Below, one piece after another: positions 1 through 8,380 of a stretch of DNA of 64,000 bases. This stretch comes from Sodaliphilus sp. (GTDB taxonomy: Bacteria > Bacillota_I > Bacilli_A > RFN20 > CAG-826), in NCBI GenBank assembly GCA_963643355.1, contig CAVIJE010000005.1:1842-65841 (forward strand), in the 5' to 3' direction. The position numbers and the translations under genes are program-made. Under the pieces are notes generated by a model, which was not told where the DNA came from, ran no database searches, and was given only the letters and a program-made list of their open reading frames with translations. How positions within the stretch are numbered: position 1 is the stretch's first letter; each line of letters opens with the position of its first letter.

Positions 1-2
1 GA

Positions 3-902
3 AAATCCTTGGTTTTCGTTCGTGATGATGACTTGATAAAAGTTCATATTCATACTCTTACACCTGGTGTTATGCTCAATTTCGCCCAACAATACGGCGA
101 ATTCCTAACAATAACGATCGAAAACATGTCTGAAGAGCATCACAATATCGAACATGGCAATTCAGCTACCGATATGGAAAGTAACATCGCTAGAGCCAAA
201 GCTGAAAAAGAGGCTCAAAATGTTCCTTTAAAAGATTATGCGATAATTGCCGTTTCTTCTGGCAGCGGTCTTGATGAAATGTTCAAAGAGCTTGGCGTTG
301 ACGTGATTGTTTCTGGTGGCCAAACGATGAATCCATCGACACAAGACTTCCTTGATGCGGTTAAAAAAGCCCACGCGAAGACCGTTTATATCCTTCCAAA
401 TAACTCAAATATTGTTTTAGCGGCTAACCAAGCTTGCGATGTTCTTGTTGAAAACAAAGAAGTCAATCCTTACGTTATTCCATCAAAAACAATTCCTCAA
501 GGCTTATCCGCTTTGATGCAATTCTCTTCTGAAGCGGAATCGGAAACTAACTACGAAACGATGAAAGCCGCACTTAAAAACGTTATCTCTGGCTCTGTTA
601 CTTACGCTATCAAAGATACCGACATCGATGGAGTGCATATAACTAAAGATTATTATATGGCAATGAGAGATGATAAGAAGGTTGCCGCTTGCGTTCCTGA
701 TAAGAATGAAGCCCTCAGAGCCTTATTGAAATCTCTTATAAATGAGAATTCTTGCGTTGCAACAATCATTGCTGGCGCTGATGTTTCCGAAGAAGAACTT
801 CAAACTCTTCAAGAAGAAATACAAGGTCTTTATCCAGACGTTGAAATTAATATGTTTAGTGGGAATCAACCTGTTTATTCTTTCTTGGTTGGTATTGAAT
901 AA
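3..902 (+). CDS. fakA: DAK2-domain protein, YloV/FakA family (fatty acid kinase subunit A-like), C-terminal part; 5' end lies outside the window
   Basis: The reading frame is open from the window edge. The sequence (KVHIHTLTPG...ITIENMSEEH... then a DegV/Dak-like C-terminal domain) resembles Bacillus YloV. Its position upstream of recG matches Bacillus synteny. Confidence 0.7.
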   Translation, partial: KSLVFVRDDDLIKVHIHTLTPGVMLNFAQQYGEFLTITIENMSEEHHNIEHGNSATDMESNIARAKAEKEAQNVPLKDYAIIAVSSGSGLDEMFKELGVDVIVSGGQTMNPSTQDFLDAVKKAHAKTVYILPNNSNIVLAANQACDVLVENKEVNPYVIPSKTIPQGLSALMQFSSEAESETNYETMKAALKNVISGSVTYAIKDTDIDGVHITKDYYMAMRDDKKVAACVPDKNEALRALLKSLINENSCVATIIAGADVSEEELQTLQEEIQGLYPDVEINMFSGNQPVYSFLVGIE

Positions 903-923
903 AATAATCAAACAAAACATAAG

Positions 924-950
924 AAAAATCGCCAATTTGGCGATTTTTTT
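924..950. terminator. Bidirectional intrinsic terminator between the convergent fakA-like and deoR genes
   Basis: AAAAATCGCCA-ATT-TGGCGATTTTT, with A-run and T-run flanks on both sides. Confidence 0.85.
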
Positions 951-958
951 TATTTATT

Positions 959-1705
959 CTATTGTTTGACTATATTGTTTTTCATTGTCATGAAGGGCTC
1001 TAATTCATCGTTTTTAGCGTCAGTAATGATCATGTCGTAAGCTTCAAGATTCATTGTCTTGAAAAGCGCCCCACGGCCAACTTTAGCTTTATCAACCAAT
1101 AAAACCTTGAATTTAGAATTTTCCAAAGCTCTTTTTTTGATTGCAGCGGTATTTTCGCTTGTTTCATACGTTGCTTTCTCAAGAATAGAAGCACAGGATA
1201 CGACCGCAAGATCAAAATGATAATTATTAAGGTCTTCTAACGCCTTTGAACCGGTTAACTCAAGAATATCAGCTCTTAAACGACCGCCAAGGGCATAGGC
1301 TTCGCACTTAGGGTTGGCTGAGGCGTTTCTTAAAGCGATAACACCGTTTGAAACGACTATTTTATTTGATAAATCGAGAGTTTTAAGAAAGAAAAGTGCG
1401 GTTGAGGAATTATCGATGAAAATACTGCGGAATATTGGGCAATGCATAAAAGCAATTCTGCCGATTTTTTCTTTAGCCATTGCGTTTTCCGTTTCTCTGA
1501 TCGTTGCGGAGACTTCCTCTTGCTTATCGGAAAGAATGGCTGCACCGTGCGTTCTTTTGATCAAACGATCAAATTCAAGTTTTGATAAATCCCTTCTTAT
1601 TGTCGCTTCAGAACAATATAAATCTCTTGCAAGTTCACTTACGCGCGCTTGCTTGTGCTCCTTTAAATAATCTATGATTTCTTGCTGTCTTGAATAATAT
1701 GACAT
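959..1705 (-). CDS. DeoR-family transcriptional regulator
   Basis: N-terminal DeoR HTH (RQQEIIDYLKEHKQARVSELARDLYCSEATIRRDLSKLE) followed by a DeoR C-terminal sugar-phosphate sensor domain. An SD (AGAGGA) lies upstream. It is divergent from the GH3 gene. Confidence 0.9.
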   Translation of the reverse strand: MSYYSRQQEIIDYLKEHKQARVSELARDLYCSEATIRRDLSKLEFDRLIKRTHGAAILSDKQEEVSATIRETENAMAKEKIGRIAFMHCPIFRSIFIDNSSTALFFLKTLDLSNKIVVSNGVIALRNASANPKCEAYALGGRLRADILELTGSKALEDLNNYHFDLAVVSCASILEKATYETSENTAAIKKRALENSKFKVLLVDKAKVGRGALFKTMNLEAYDMIITDAKNDELEPFMTMKNNIVKQ

Positions 1706-1729
1706 ATGACATTCCTCTTGATTGATTTT

Positions 1730-1744
1730 TGAGCGAAACGCTCA
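1730..1744. promoter_or_regulatory. Perfect palindrome TGAGCG-AAA-CGCTCA in the deoR/GH3 divergent region (candidate operator or 5' UTR hairpin)
   Basis: 6-bp arms with a 3-nt spacer, 25 nt upstream of the deoR start on the minus strand. Confidence 0.35.
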
Positions 1745-1823
1745 TTTGAGTTTATTATATGCGTTTGTTTGTCCGATATTCAATCATTTTGAGCATTTTC
1801 TATTGCTTTTTATCGGTAATGAT

Positions 1824-1864
1824 TTACATTTAAATTACTTGGTAACCGCTTACATTTACGGTTA
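1824..1864. promoter_or_regulatory. Direct repeat TTACATTTA x2 overlapping the inverted repeat TAACCG-N10-CGGTTA (candidate DeoR operator upstream of GH3)
   Basis: TTACATTTA at 1824-1832 and 1850-1858. TAACCG at 1843-1848 and CGGTTA at 1859-1864. The cluster lies 50-90 nt upstream of the GH3 ATG. Confidence 0.35.
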
Positions 1865-1911
1865 AAAAGTGAAAAAGGTAAAAACTGTCAAAATCATTAA
1901 GGAGGACAATA

Positions 1912-4900
1912 ATGAAAAAAACAAGTTTTTTAGCCGGTCTCACTAGTATAGCGGCCTCGATACTTGCAATTACTTCTGTTGGAGAAGGATTCGCAAAATC
2001 TTGGCGCTCGACAATCGATAGCGCTCTTGGCACTGAGAGCTACCGCGTTGTTACCGATGAGACTTCAAGCAGATTCAAATCTGACTATGCCACAACGGAA
2101 GATTATGTTAAGGCATCCAAACGCTTATCCGAAAGAGAAGGCGAAGAAGGAACAGTTATTCTTAAGAATGACAATGATGCCCTTCCATTAAGCAACAAAT
2201 CTAAGAAAATTGCTCTTTTTGGAAACGCAGCATATAAACCATATATGCAATCCGCTGGCGATCTTAGAGCCGGGAACAGCGATCTCGTAAATATCGATAC
2301 CGCTCTTGAAAATGCCGGTTATACCCTTGAGCCAACACTCAAAGGAATATATGGCAAAATGCTTTCCGATGAATACGCAACGGTAAAAACACGTTTTGGA
2401 AACACCACAACGACATATTGGTTTGGTATGGTCACCTCACCTGGTGATATGATAAATTACAAAATCAACGAAATCCCAACAACCGCATGGACGGAAGAAA
2501 TTGATTTATCCGCTTATGGTGACGGAAGCAAAACCGGTAAAGTGAAATTTGCCGATGAAGGCTGGGAAAACAAAATTGTCAAAGATGATACGGTTGCTAT
2601 TTGTGTCTTCGGCCGTGGCGCTGGTGAATCCAATACCTACAAGCCTGGAAGTGCAACAAACTGGAAAGATGAAGAAACAGGAAAAGATCCGTTAGAACTT
2701 TCTGCCGACGAACTTCAAATCGTTGATAAGGCTAAAGCAACTTGTTCAAAAGTCATCGTTCTTCTTAATACCGGTAACGCCATGAACATTTCCGCAATAG
2801 CGAAAGGCGGAGAACATGAAGTTGATGCCATTGCTTATATGGGTGTCTTAAATGATTACCAAGCAACTGGTATTGTTAACGTCTTAAGTGGCGAAGTTAA
2901 TCCTACTGGCGCTTTATCCGATACATATGCTAAGAATTGGGAATCTCTCCCTGCTATGCAAAATTTCGGAGGAGATGAATATGCCGATGCCGAAATTGCT
3001 GCTAGATATGCTGGAACTGATAGCGAAGATAAAGTTAGATGGCCAGGTGTCACAATCGGAAATGGCTCCGGAAGCGACTTTGGCGGTTCAAAAGCTAACT
3101 ATTCTGGCGGAAATTACTATGTTGAAGCAGAAGGCATCTATATTGGCTATCAATATTATGAAACGAGATATTTCGACTCAGTCGCAAATGCTTCGTTCAA
3201 TCCTGCTTCCAAAAAAGGATCCACAACAGGAAATGCATGGAAATATTCCGATGAAGTCGATTATACATTCGGACATGGTCTCTCCTATCTCCCATATACT
3301 CAAGAATTAACAAGCTTAAAAGTTGATAGAGTTAACGGAGGAAATGTCACAGCCGAAATCACCATTCATAACAACGGCGATAAAGCTGGCAAATTCCTTG
3401 GACAACTCTATGTTAATACACCATACACCGAATACGACAAAAAGAACTTAGTTGAGAAGAGTGCCGTTCAATTCCTCTCTTCTGGTAAAGTTGATGTTGA
3501 AGCAGGAAAATCTGCTAAAGTAGAAATCACCGTTCCAGCCAAATATCTTGCTTCTTACGATTATAAGAATGCAAAAACTTATATCCTTGACGAAGGAAAA
3601 TACTACTTCACAGCCGCCGCTGGCGCTCATGAAGCTGCCAATAATTTCTTAAGTGCTCAAGGCTATAGCACAACCAACGGCATGGATGCTGATGCAACCG
3701 GAACTTGCAAAACATGGGATCTTGGAAGCTTAGACAAGACCACATTCGCAACAGATAACGGAAAAGTCATCACAAACCAATTCGATAATGCTGACCTCAA
3801 TTACTTCTTAAAAGACACAGTCGTTTACCTTTCTAGACAAGACTGGGAAGGAACCTGGCCAAAGAACTACAACACGGATGTCACAGTAAAAATTGGCGAT
3901 TCACCAAAGAAAGATGAATGGATCAAAGAAATTCGTGGCGAACAATATGTCTTAAGTTCAACTGGCGAAGAAGTTGAAAATTGGCAAGGCAAAGACCTTG
4001 GCGAGGAATACAACTTCTCAGCAAAGAATCTCACATACGATAGAATTAACAATATCGAAGATGAATGGTGGGATAAGATGACAAGCCAAATCTCCGTTAA
4101 TGAAGCTATTGGCGCTGTCGTCCATGGTGGAGGACAATCTGACACCCTCACTAATATTGATAACCCAATCGTTTCTCAACACGAAGGCGTTAACGGCTAT
4201 GTTGGCGCATACAATGAATATGCTTCCTATGATGAAGATGGAAAAGGCGTTGGCGATCCAACTCTTACCTATAAGACAAACATCAACTCCCAAACTCTCT
4301 TAGGCACATCATTCAACCCTCAACTCGCCTATGAATGGGGCAAAATCGAAGGTGAAGCAGGCTTACTCCTTAAATATCAATCCGTTTGGGGAACGGGCTT
4401 AACCCTCAGAAGAACTCCATATAATGGCCGTAACTACGAATACATCTCCGAAGATCCAATGTTAACAAACAGAATCGGTGAGATGATTGGTAAGGGCTCC
4501 TTAGAAAAAGGCTCCCTTGTTGGTCCAAAACACATGGGCTTCAACGATCAAGAACATAACCGTGCTGGCGTTTCTGCTTATATGAATGAGCAAAAAGCTA
4601 GACAAACAGACCTTAGAGGCTTCGAAGGCATGCTTAACGACGCCAATGGCTTAGCCGTCATGATTGCCTTCAACCGTATTGGTGCAACAAACGCTTCTCA
4701 ATCTGTTGGAATGCTTCAAAACGTTCTCCGCGGAGAATGGGGATTCAAAGGCCTTATCTCTACTGACCTTGCCTCATCAGCCTATTACTTCAACGCTGAA
4801 GGAATGATTATGGCTGGCATCACCCAAGTCGCTGAATTCGGTTCTAATAACTCCAACATCAATTCCAAAGATGGACATGATGGCAAATGGACATATCTCT

Positions 4901-5139
4901 CTCCTGAAAACTGCAAAAACGATCCAACACTCGTTAAGCAAGCAAGAGAAAACCTCAAATATCAGTTATACGCTTTCGCAAATTCCGCTGTTATTGACGT
5001 TACAATCATCAGCTTAACCCCATGGTGGGAAACAGCCTTAAATGCAACTCTCATCACATCAGCCGTCTTAACTGGCGTCTTCGCCCTTGCTTGGGTTGGT
5101 TTAACCCTTATGCCTGCTAAAAAGAAGGAGGATAAATAA
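1912..5139 (+). CDS. Glycoside hydrolase family 3 (beta-glucosidase/xylosidase-like), domain-permuted, with a signal peptide and a C-terminal TM anchor
   Basis: - Strong SD (AAGGAGGA) and an N-terminal signal peptide.
- GH3 alpha/beta-sandwich motifs come first (ILKNDNDALPL..KKIALFG, VIVLLNTGNAM, SGEVNPTGALSDTY, FGHGLSY).
- GH3 TIM-barrel motifs come last (RTPYNGRNYEYISEDP, GPKHMGFNDQE, MIAFNRIG, LRGEWGFKGLISTDL).
- C-terminal hydrophobic helix followed by a KKKEDK tail. Confidence 0.88.
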   Translation: MKKTSFLAGLTSIAASILAITSVGEGFAKSWRSTIDSALGTESYRVVTDETSSRFKSDYATTEDYVKASKRLSEREGEEGTVILKNDNDALPLSNKSKKIALFGNAAYKPYMQSAGDLRAGNSDLVNIDTALENAGYTLEPTLKGIYGKMLSDEYATVKTRFGNTTTTYWFGMVTSPGDMINYKINEIPTTAWTEEIDLSAYGDGSKTGKVKFADEGWENKIVKDDTVAICVFGRGAGESNTYKPGSATNWKDEETGKDPLELSADELQIVDKAKATCSKVIVLLNTGNAMNISAIAKGGEHEVDAIAYMGVLNDYQATGIVNVLSGEVNPTGALSDTYAKNWESLPAMQNFGGDEYADAEIAARYAGTDSEDKVRWPGVTIGNGSGSDFGGSKANYSGGNYYVEAEGIYIGYQYYETRYFDSVANASFNPASKKGSTTGNAWKYSDEVDYTFGHGLSYLPYTQELTSLKVDRVNGGNVTAEITIHNNGDKAGKFLGQLYVNTPYTEYDKKNLVEKSAVQFLSSGKVDVEAGKSAKVEITVPAKYLASYDYKNAKTYILDEGKYYFTAAAGAHEAANNFLSAQGYSTTNGMDADATGTCKTWDLGSLDKTTFATDNGKVITNQFDNADLNYFLKDTVVYLSRQDWEGTWPKNYNTDVTVKIGDSPKKDEWIKEIRGEQYVLSSTGEEVENWQGKDLGEEYNFSAKNLTYDRINNIEDEWWDKMTSQISVNEAIGAVVHGGGQSDTLTNIDNPIVSQHEGVNGYVGAYNEYASYDEDGKGVGDPTLTYKTNINSQTLLGTSFNPQLAYEWGKIEGEAGLLLKYQSVWGTGLTLRRTPYNGRNYEYISEDPMLTNRIGEMIGKGSLEKGSLVGPKHMGFNDQEHNRAGVSAYMNEQKARQTDLRGFEGMLNDANGLAVMIAFNRIGATNASQSVGMLQNVLRGEWGFKGLISTDLASSAYYFNAEGMIMAGITQVAEFGSNNSNINSKDGHDGKWTYLSPENCKNDPTLVKQARENLKYQLYAFANSAVIDVTIISLTPWWETALNATLITSAVLTGVFALAWVGLTLMPAKKKEDK

Positions 5140-5141
5140 GT

Positions 5142-5648
5142 ATGAAACCAGTAATTTCCAAAAAAATTAGTGTCGGAATGATAATTTCCGCTCTCACCTT
5201 CATCATTGGCTTAGTTTCAATCATCATCTATGGCGTCAATGTCGCTAGAGGTGGTTACTTCAATGGTGGAAGTGTTGGTGAAGTCGTTAGATTCGGCGTC
5301 TTCGCTCTTGTCTTCTTAGCAATATCAATCGCTCTCTACTTTGTTAGATTCACTGGCAAAGTAGGAAAAATCTGCGATATGGCTGGATTAGCTCTTAAGG
5401 TTATTGCGACATTATTCTTCGCCTTTGCCTTAATCTTCCTCATCCAAGCTCGTGCTGAAGGCCTCTCTTACATCTTCTTCTCAAATGATGATGTTAAAAT
5501 GGCCTTGCAACAAGATCCAGACAACATGATCAGTGCCAATCTTGCGATCACATCAATTGTCATGTTTGGCATCAGCGTCGTTGTTGGCTGCGTTAACTCC
5601 TTCTTCGGTTATAAAGCCGTTGAAGAAGAAACTGTTGCCGCTGAATAA
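5142..5648 (+). CDS. Small integral membrane protein (about 4 TM), unknown function, translationally coupled to the GH3 gene
   Basis: The start lies 2 nt after the GH3 stop, with an AGGAGG SD inside the GH3 3' end. Four long hydrophobic segments. An intrinsic terminator follows. Confidence 0.7.
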   Translation: MKPVISKKISVGMIISALTFIIGLVSIIIYGVNVARGGYFNGGSVGEVVRFGVFALVFLAISIALYFVRFTGKVGKICDMAGLALKVIATLFFAFALIFLIQARAEGLSYIFFSNDDVKMALQQDPDNMISANLAITSIVMFGISVVVGCVNSFFGYKAVEEETVAAE

Positions 5649-5668
5649 GAATCAATAATTAAATTCTT

Positions 5669-5702
5669 GAGGGGTTTAGGAAACTAAGCCCCTCTCTTCT
5701 TT
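5669..5702 (+). terminator. Intrinsic terminator after the GH3/membrane-protein pair
   Basis: GAGGGGTTTAG-GAAA-CTAAGCCCCTC (11-bp stem with one G-U pair) followed by a T-rich tail. Confidence 0.8.
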
Positions 5703-5784
5703 AAGAACGGTTTTTAAAAATTCGATCATCATTATCTTGTTTTTAAAAACGTTTCTAAATATCGTTATATTGGAGGAGATAAAT

Positions 5785-8352
5785 ATGCTAGAGATTGTTA
5801 ATTTTACTCTTGATGGACAAGAAAAGGATATTTTAACGGATGCTAAGAATCCAATTTTTCATTACAGTGCAAGAAGCGATAAAGAAAAAGATTCTGCGAC
5901 ATACGTTAAATTAGAATGCAATGGCTGGATTTATGAAGGCAAGGATGAAATTTATATTACCTATAAAGGAGAGCCTTTTAAACCCTTTCAAACTTATGAA
6001 GCGAGAATCACAATAAGAAATTCTTATAATGAAGAAGCGGAGAAAACTCTTTCTTTTGACACTGGCTATTTAGGCGGGTCTTTCAAAGGAAAATGGATTT
6101 CCGATCCTCAATACACCTTTAGCGAAAAGAAAATCTCCCCCCTCCCATTAACTTTCAAAAAAGAATTAAAAATCGCAAAGAAAATCAAAAAAGCCTATGC
6201 ATATGTCACCTCTTTTGGAATTTATGATCTTCATGTTGGCGAAGAAAAAATAAATAAGAATTATTTTGCCCCGGGCTTTACTTCCTATGCAAACGAACTT
6301 CAATATCAACGTTACGATATAAAAGAAGCCTTAGAAAGAAATCAAACGGTATATATAAATGTTGCAGGAGGATGGGCTGTAGGCTCATTTGTTTTCACAA
6401 GGAAAAACCGTATTAGTGCAGATAAACAAGCTTTGCTTTGCGATATTCATATTTTCTATGAGGATGGAAGCAAAGAAGTGGTCGCTAGCGATCAAACTTG
6501 GGAAGTCTCCCATTCCTCCCCTTTCCTTGAAGCGGATCTATATGATGGAGAAAGATATGACGGAAGAAAATCTTTTTCCTCGATTTCTTATCATCAAGCG
6601 GGACTAGAAAATCCGCGTCTTCATCCTGAACTTTTAGCGGATTATTCCTCAAAGGTCATAGAGCACGAAACGCTAATTCCAACATTTTTGCATAACGATT
6701 CAAATAACGATCCTATATTTGATTTTGGACAAAACTTTGCTGGTATTGTTAGGCTACATATCAAAAATGCCATAGATGGAGCGAAAATTCTTGTTAAACA
6801 TGCAGAAATCCTCCAACCTAATGGCGATTTGAATACTATTTTCCTACGTTCGGCAAAATGCCGTTTTGAATATATTTGTAAAAATGGCGAGCAAACGTAT
6901 TCTCCAACCTTCACTTATATGGGTTTTAGATACATTTCTCTTCACTTAGAAGGTATTGAACTCAAAGATATCGAAATTGAGGGAATTGCTCTTTATAGCG
7001 ATCTAAAACAAATCGGATCTTTCGAATGTTCAAATGAAATGATCAATAAGCTTAATTCCAATATTATTTGGTCAAGCAAATCGAATTTCATGGATATTCC
7101 AACCGACTGCCCTCAAAGAGACGAAAGAATGGGCTGGACAGGAGATATTGCGGTTTTTTCTCCAACAGCTTTGTTTAATTTTGAAATGACTCGTTTCCTT
7201 AAAAAATGGCTTTTGGATTTAAGAAAAGAGCAAAATCGCGGTGGAGGATTCCCTAACACCGTTCCTGTTCAAGGGTATGGCATGCCAGCGACAATGCCTC
7301 GTCAAGCCATTGATTGGTGGGGCGATGTTTGCATTCTCCTCCCATACAATGCTTATCTAGCAACTGGGGATATTTCCTTCCTTGAGGAAAATTATTCTGC
7401 CATGAAAAAATACGTTAAAGCATGTAAATTCTGGGCTAATCTATTTTCTTTTGGGAAAAATAGATATATTTGGAAGGGGATAAACGCGTTCCATTTTGGC
7501 GATTGGATTGCTCCAGGAGTCAATAATATGGCCGAGTGGCAAGCGCGACACCCTTGGACTGCAACAGCTTCTTTGTATAATACCTCTTCGTTGCTATCAA
7601 AAATAGCAGGAATCCTTGGCAAAAAAGAAGACGAAAAGAAATATTTTGCCTTAAGCGAAAAAGTAAAAGACGCATATATCTCCGTTTTTACTGATGGAAA
7701 TGGAAAATTGCATAATGAATTTCAAACGGCATACGTCTTGCCTTTGTATTTAAATATGTTCTCTAATGAAGCTAGAGAAAAGGCCGTAAAAAATCTTGTT
7801 TCGATAATCGAGAAAGCCTCATATTGCATTGGGACAGGTTTCCCTGGCACGCCATATATTCTTTTTGCTTTAGCGGATAATGGCGAAAAAGATGTCGCTT
7901 ATAAGATGTTGCTTAACACTAAATGCCCATCATGGCTATACGAAGTCAAGGTTGGCGCGACAACGATTTGGGAAAGATGGGACGGCCTTGATGAAAATGG
8001 CGAATGCGAGATAAAAGATGACGGTACAGGCTCCATTCCAATGATTTCCTATAATCATTATGCCTCAGGTGCCGTTGGTGATTTCTTATACAAACGCATT
8101 GCGGGCATCACTCCTTTAGAGCCTGGATATAAAACGGTTTCGATAAAGCCTCTCCTTGGTGGAGATTTAACATATGTTAAAGCTAAAACGATGACTCCGT
8201 ATGGTTCTCTTTCTTCCTCTTGGAGACTTGAAAATAATAAATTGATAATCGAAGTTGATATTCCTTTTGGTTGCAAAGCCCTCGTAACCTTCCCAAACGG
8301 CAAGGAATATAAGTTAGAATCAGGCAAGTATTCCTTAGAAGAAAATATCTAA
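5785..8352 (+). CDS. Alpha-L-rhamnosidase (GH78), no signal peptide
   Basis: GH78 signature DCPQRDERMGWTGD and the typical length. I prefer the ATG at 5785 (preceded by GGAGGAG) over the ORF-track start at 5737. Confidence 0.9.
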   Translation: MLEIVNFTLDGQEKDILTDAKNPIFHYSARSDKEKDSATYVKLECNGWIYEGKDEIYITYKGEPFKPFQTYEARITIRNSYNEEAEKTLSFDTGYLGGSFKGKWISDPQYTFSEKKISPLPLTFKKELKIAKKIKKAYAYVTSFGIYDLHVGEEKINKNYFAPGFTSYANELQYQRYDIKEALERNQTVYINVAGGWAVGSFVFTRKNRISADKQALLCDIHIFYEDGSKEVVASDQTWEVSHSSPFLEADLYDGERYDGRKSFSSISYHQAGLENPRLHPELLADYSSKVIEHETLIPTFLHNDSNNDPIFDFGQNFAGIVRLHIKNAIDGAKILVKHAEILQPNGDLNTIFLRSAKCRFEYICKNGEQTYSPTFTYMGFRYISLHLEGIELKDIEIEGIALYSDLKQIGSFECSNEMINKLNSNIIWSSKSNFMDIPTDCPQRDERMGWTGDIAVFSPTALFNFEMTRFLKKWLLDLRKEQNRGGGFPNTVPVQGYGMPATMPRQAIDWWGDVCILLPYNAYLATGDISFLEENYSAMKKYVKACKFWANLFSFGKNRYIWKGINAFHFGDWIAPGVNNMAEWQARHPWTATASLYNTSSLLSKIAGILGKKEDEKKYFALSEKVKDAYISVFTDGNGKLHNEFQTAYVLPLYLNMFSNEAREKAVKNLVSIIEKASYCIGTGFPGTPYILFALADNGEKDVAYKMLLNTKCPSWLYEVKVGATTIWERWDGLDENGECEIKDDGTGSIPMISYNHYASGAVGDFLYKRIAGITPLEPGYKTVSIKPLLGGDLTYVKAKTMTPYGSLSSSWRLENNKLIIEVDIPFGCKALVTFPNGKEYKLESGKYSLEENI

Positions 8353-8365
8353 ATTTAAGCCCATA

Positions 8366-8374
8366 TGCTAAAAT
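8366..8374 (+). promoter_or_regulatory. Extended -10 (TGCTAAAAT) only 6 nt upstream of the recG ATG; leaderless-type geometry
   Basis: TG-C-TAAAAT at 8366-8374, spacer ATAGCG, ATG at 8381. No SD, and an upstream in-frame stop. Confidence 0.5.
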
Positions 8375-8380
8375 ATAGCG

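Noticed and set aside
2856-4303. Several 60-140-aa ORFs on both strands inside the GH3 gene, and similar ones inside recG, ffh, topA, polC, addA and others.
   Set aside because: All are nested within strongly supported conserved CDSs, lack SDs and have low-complexity or biased composition. They are typical overprinted shadow ORFs.
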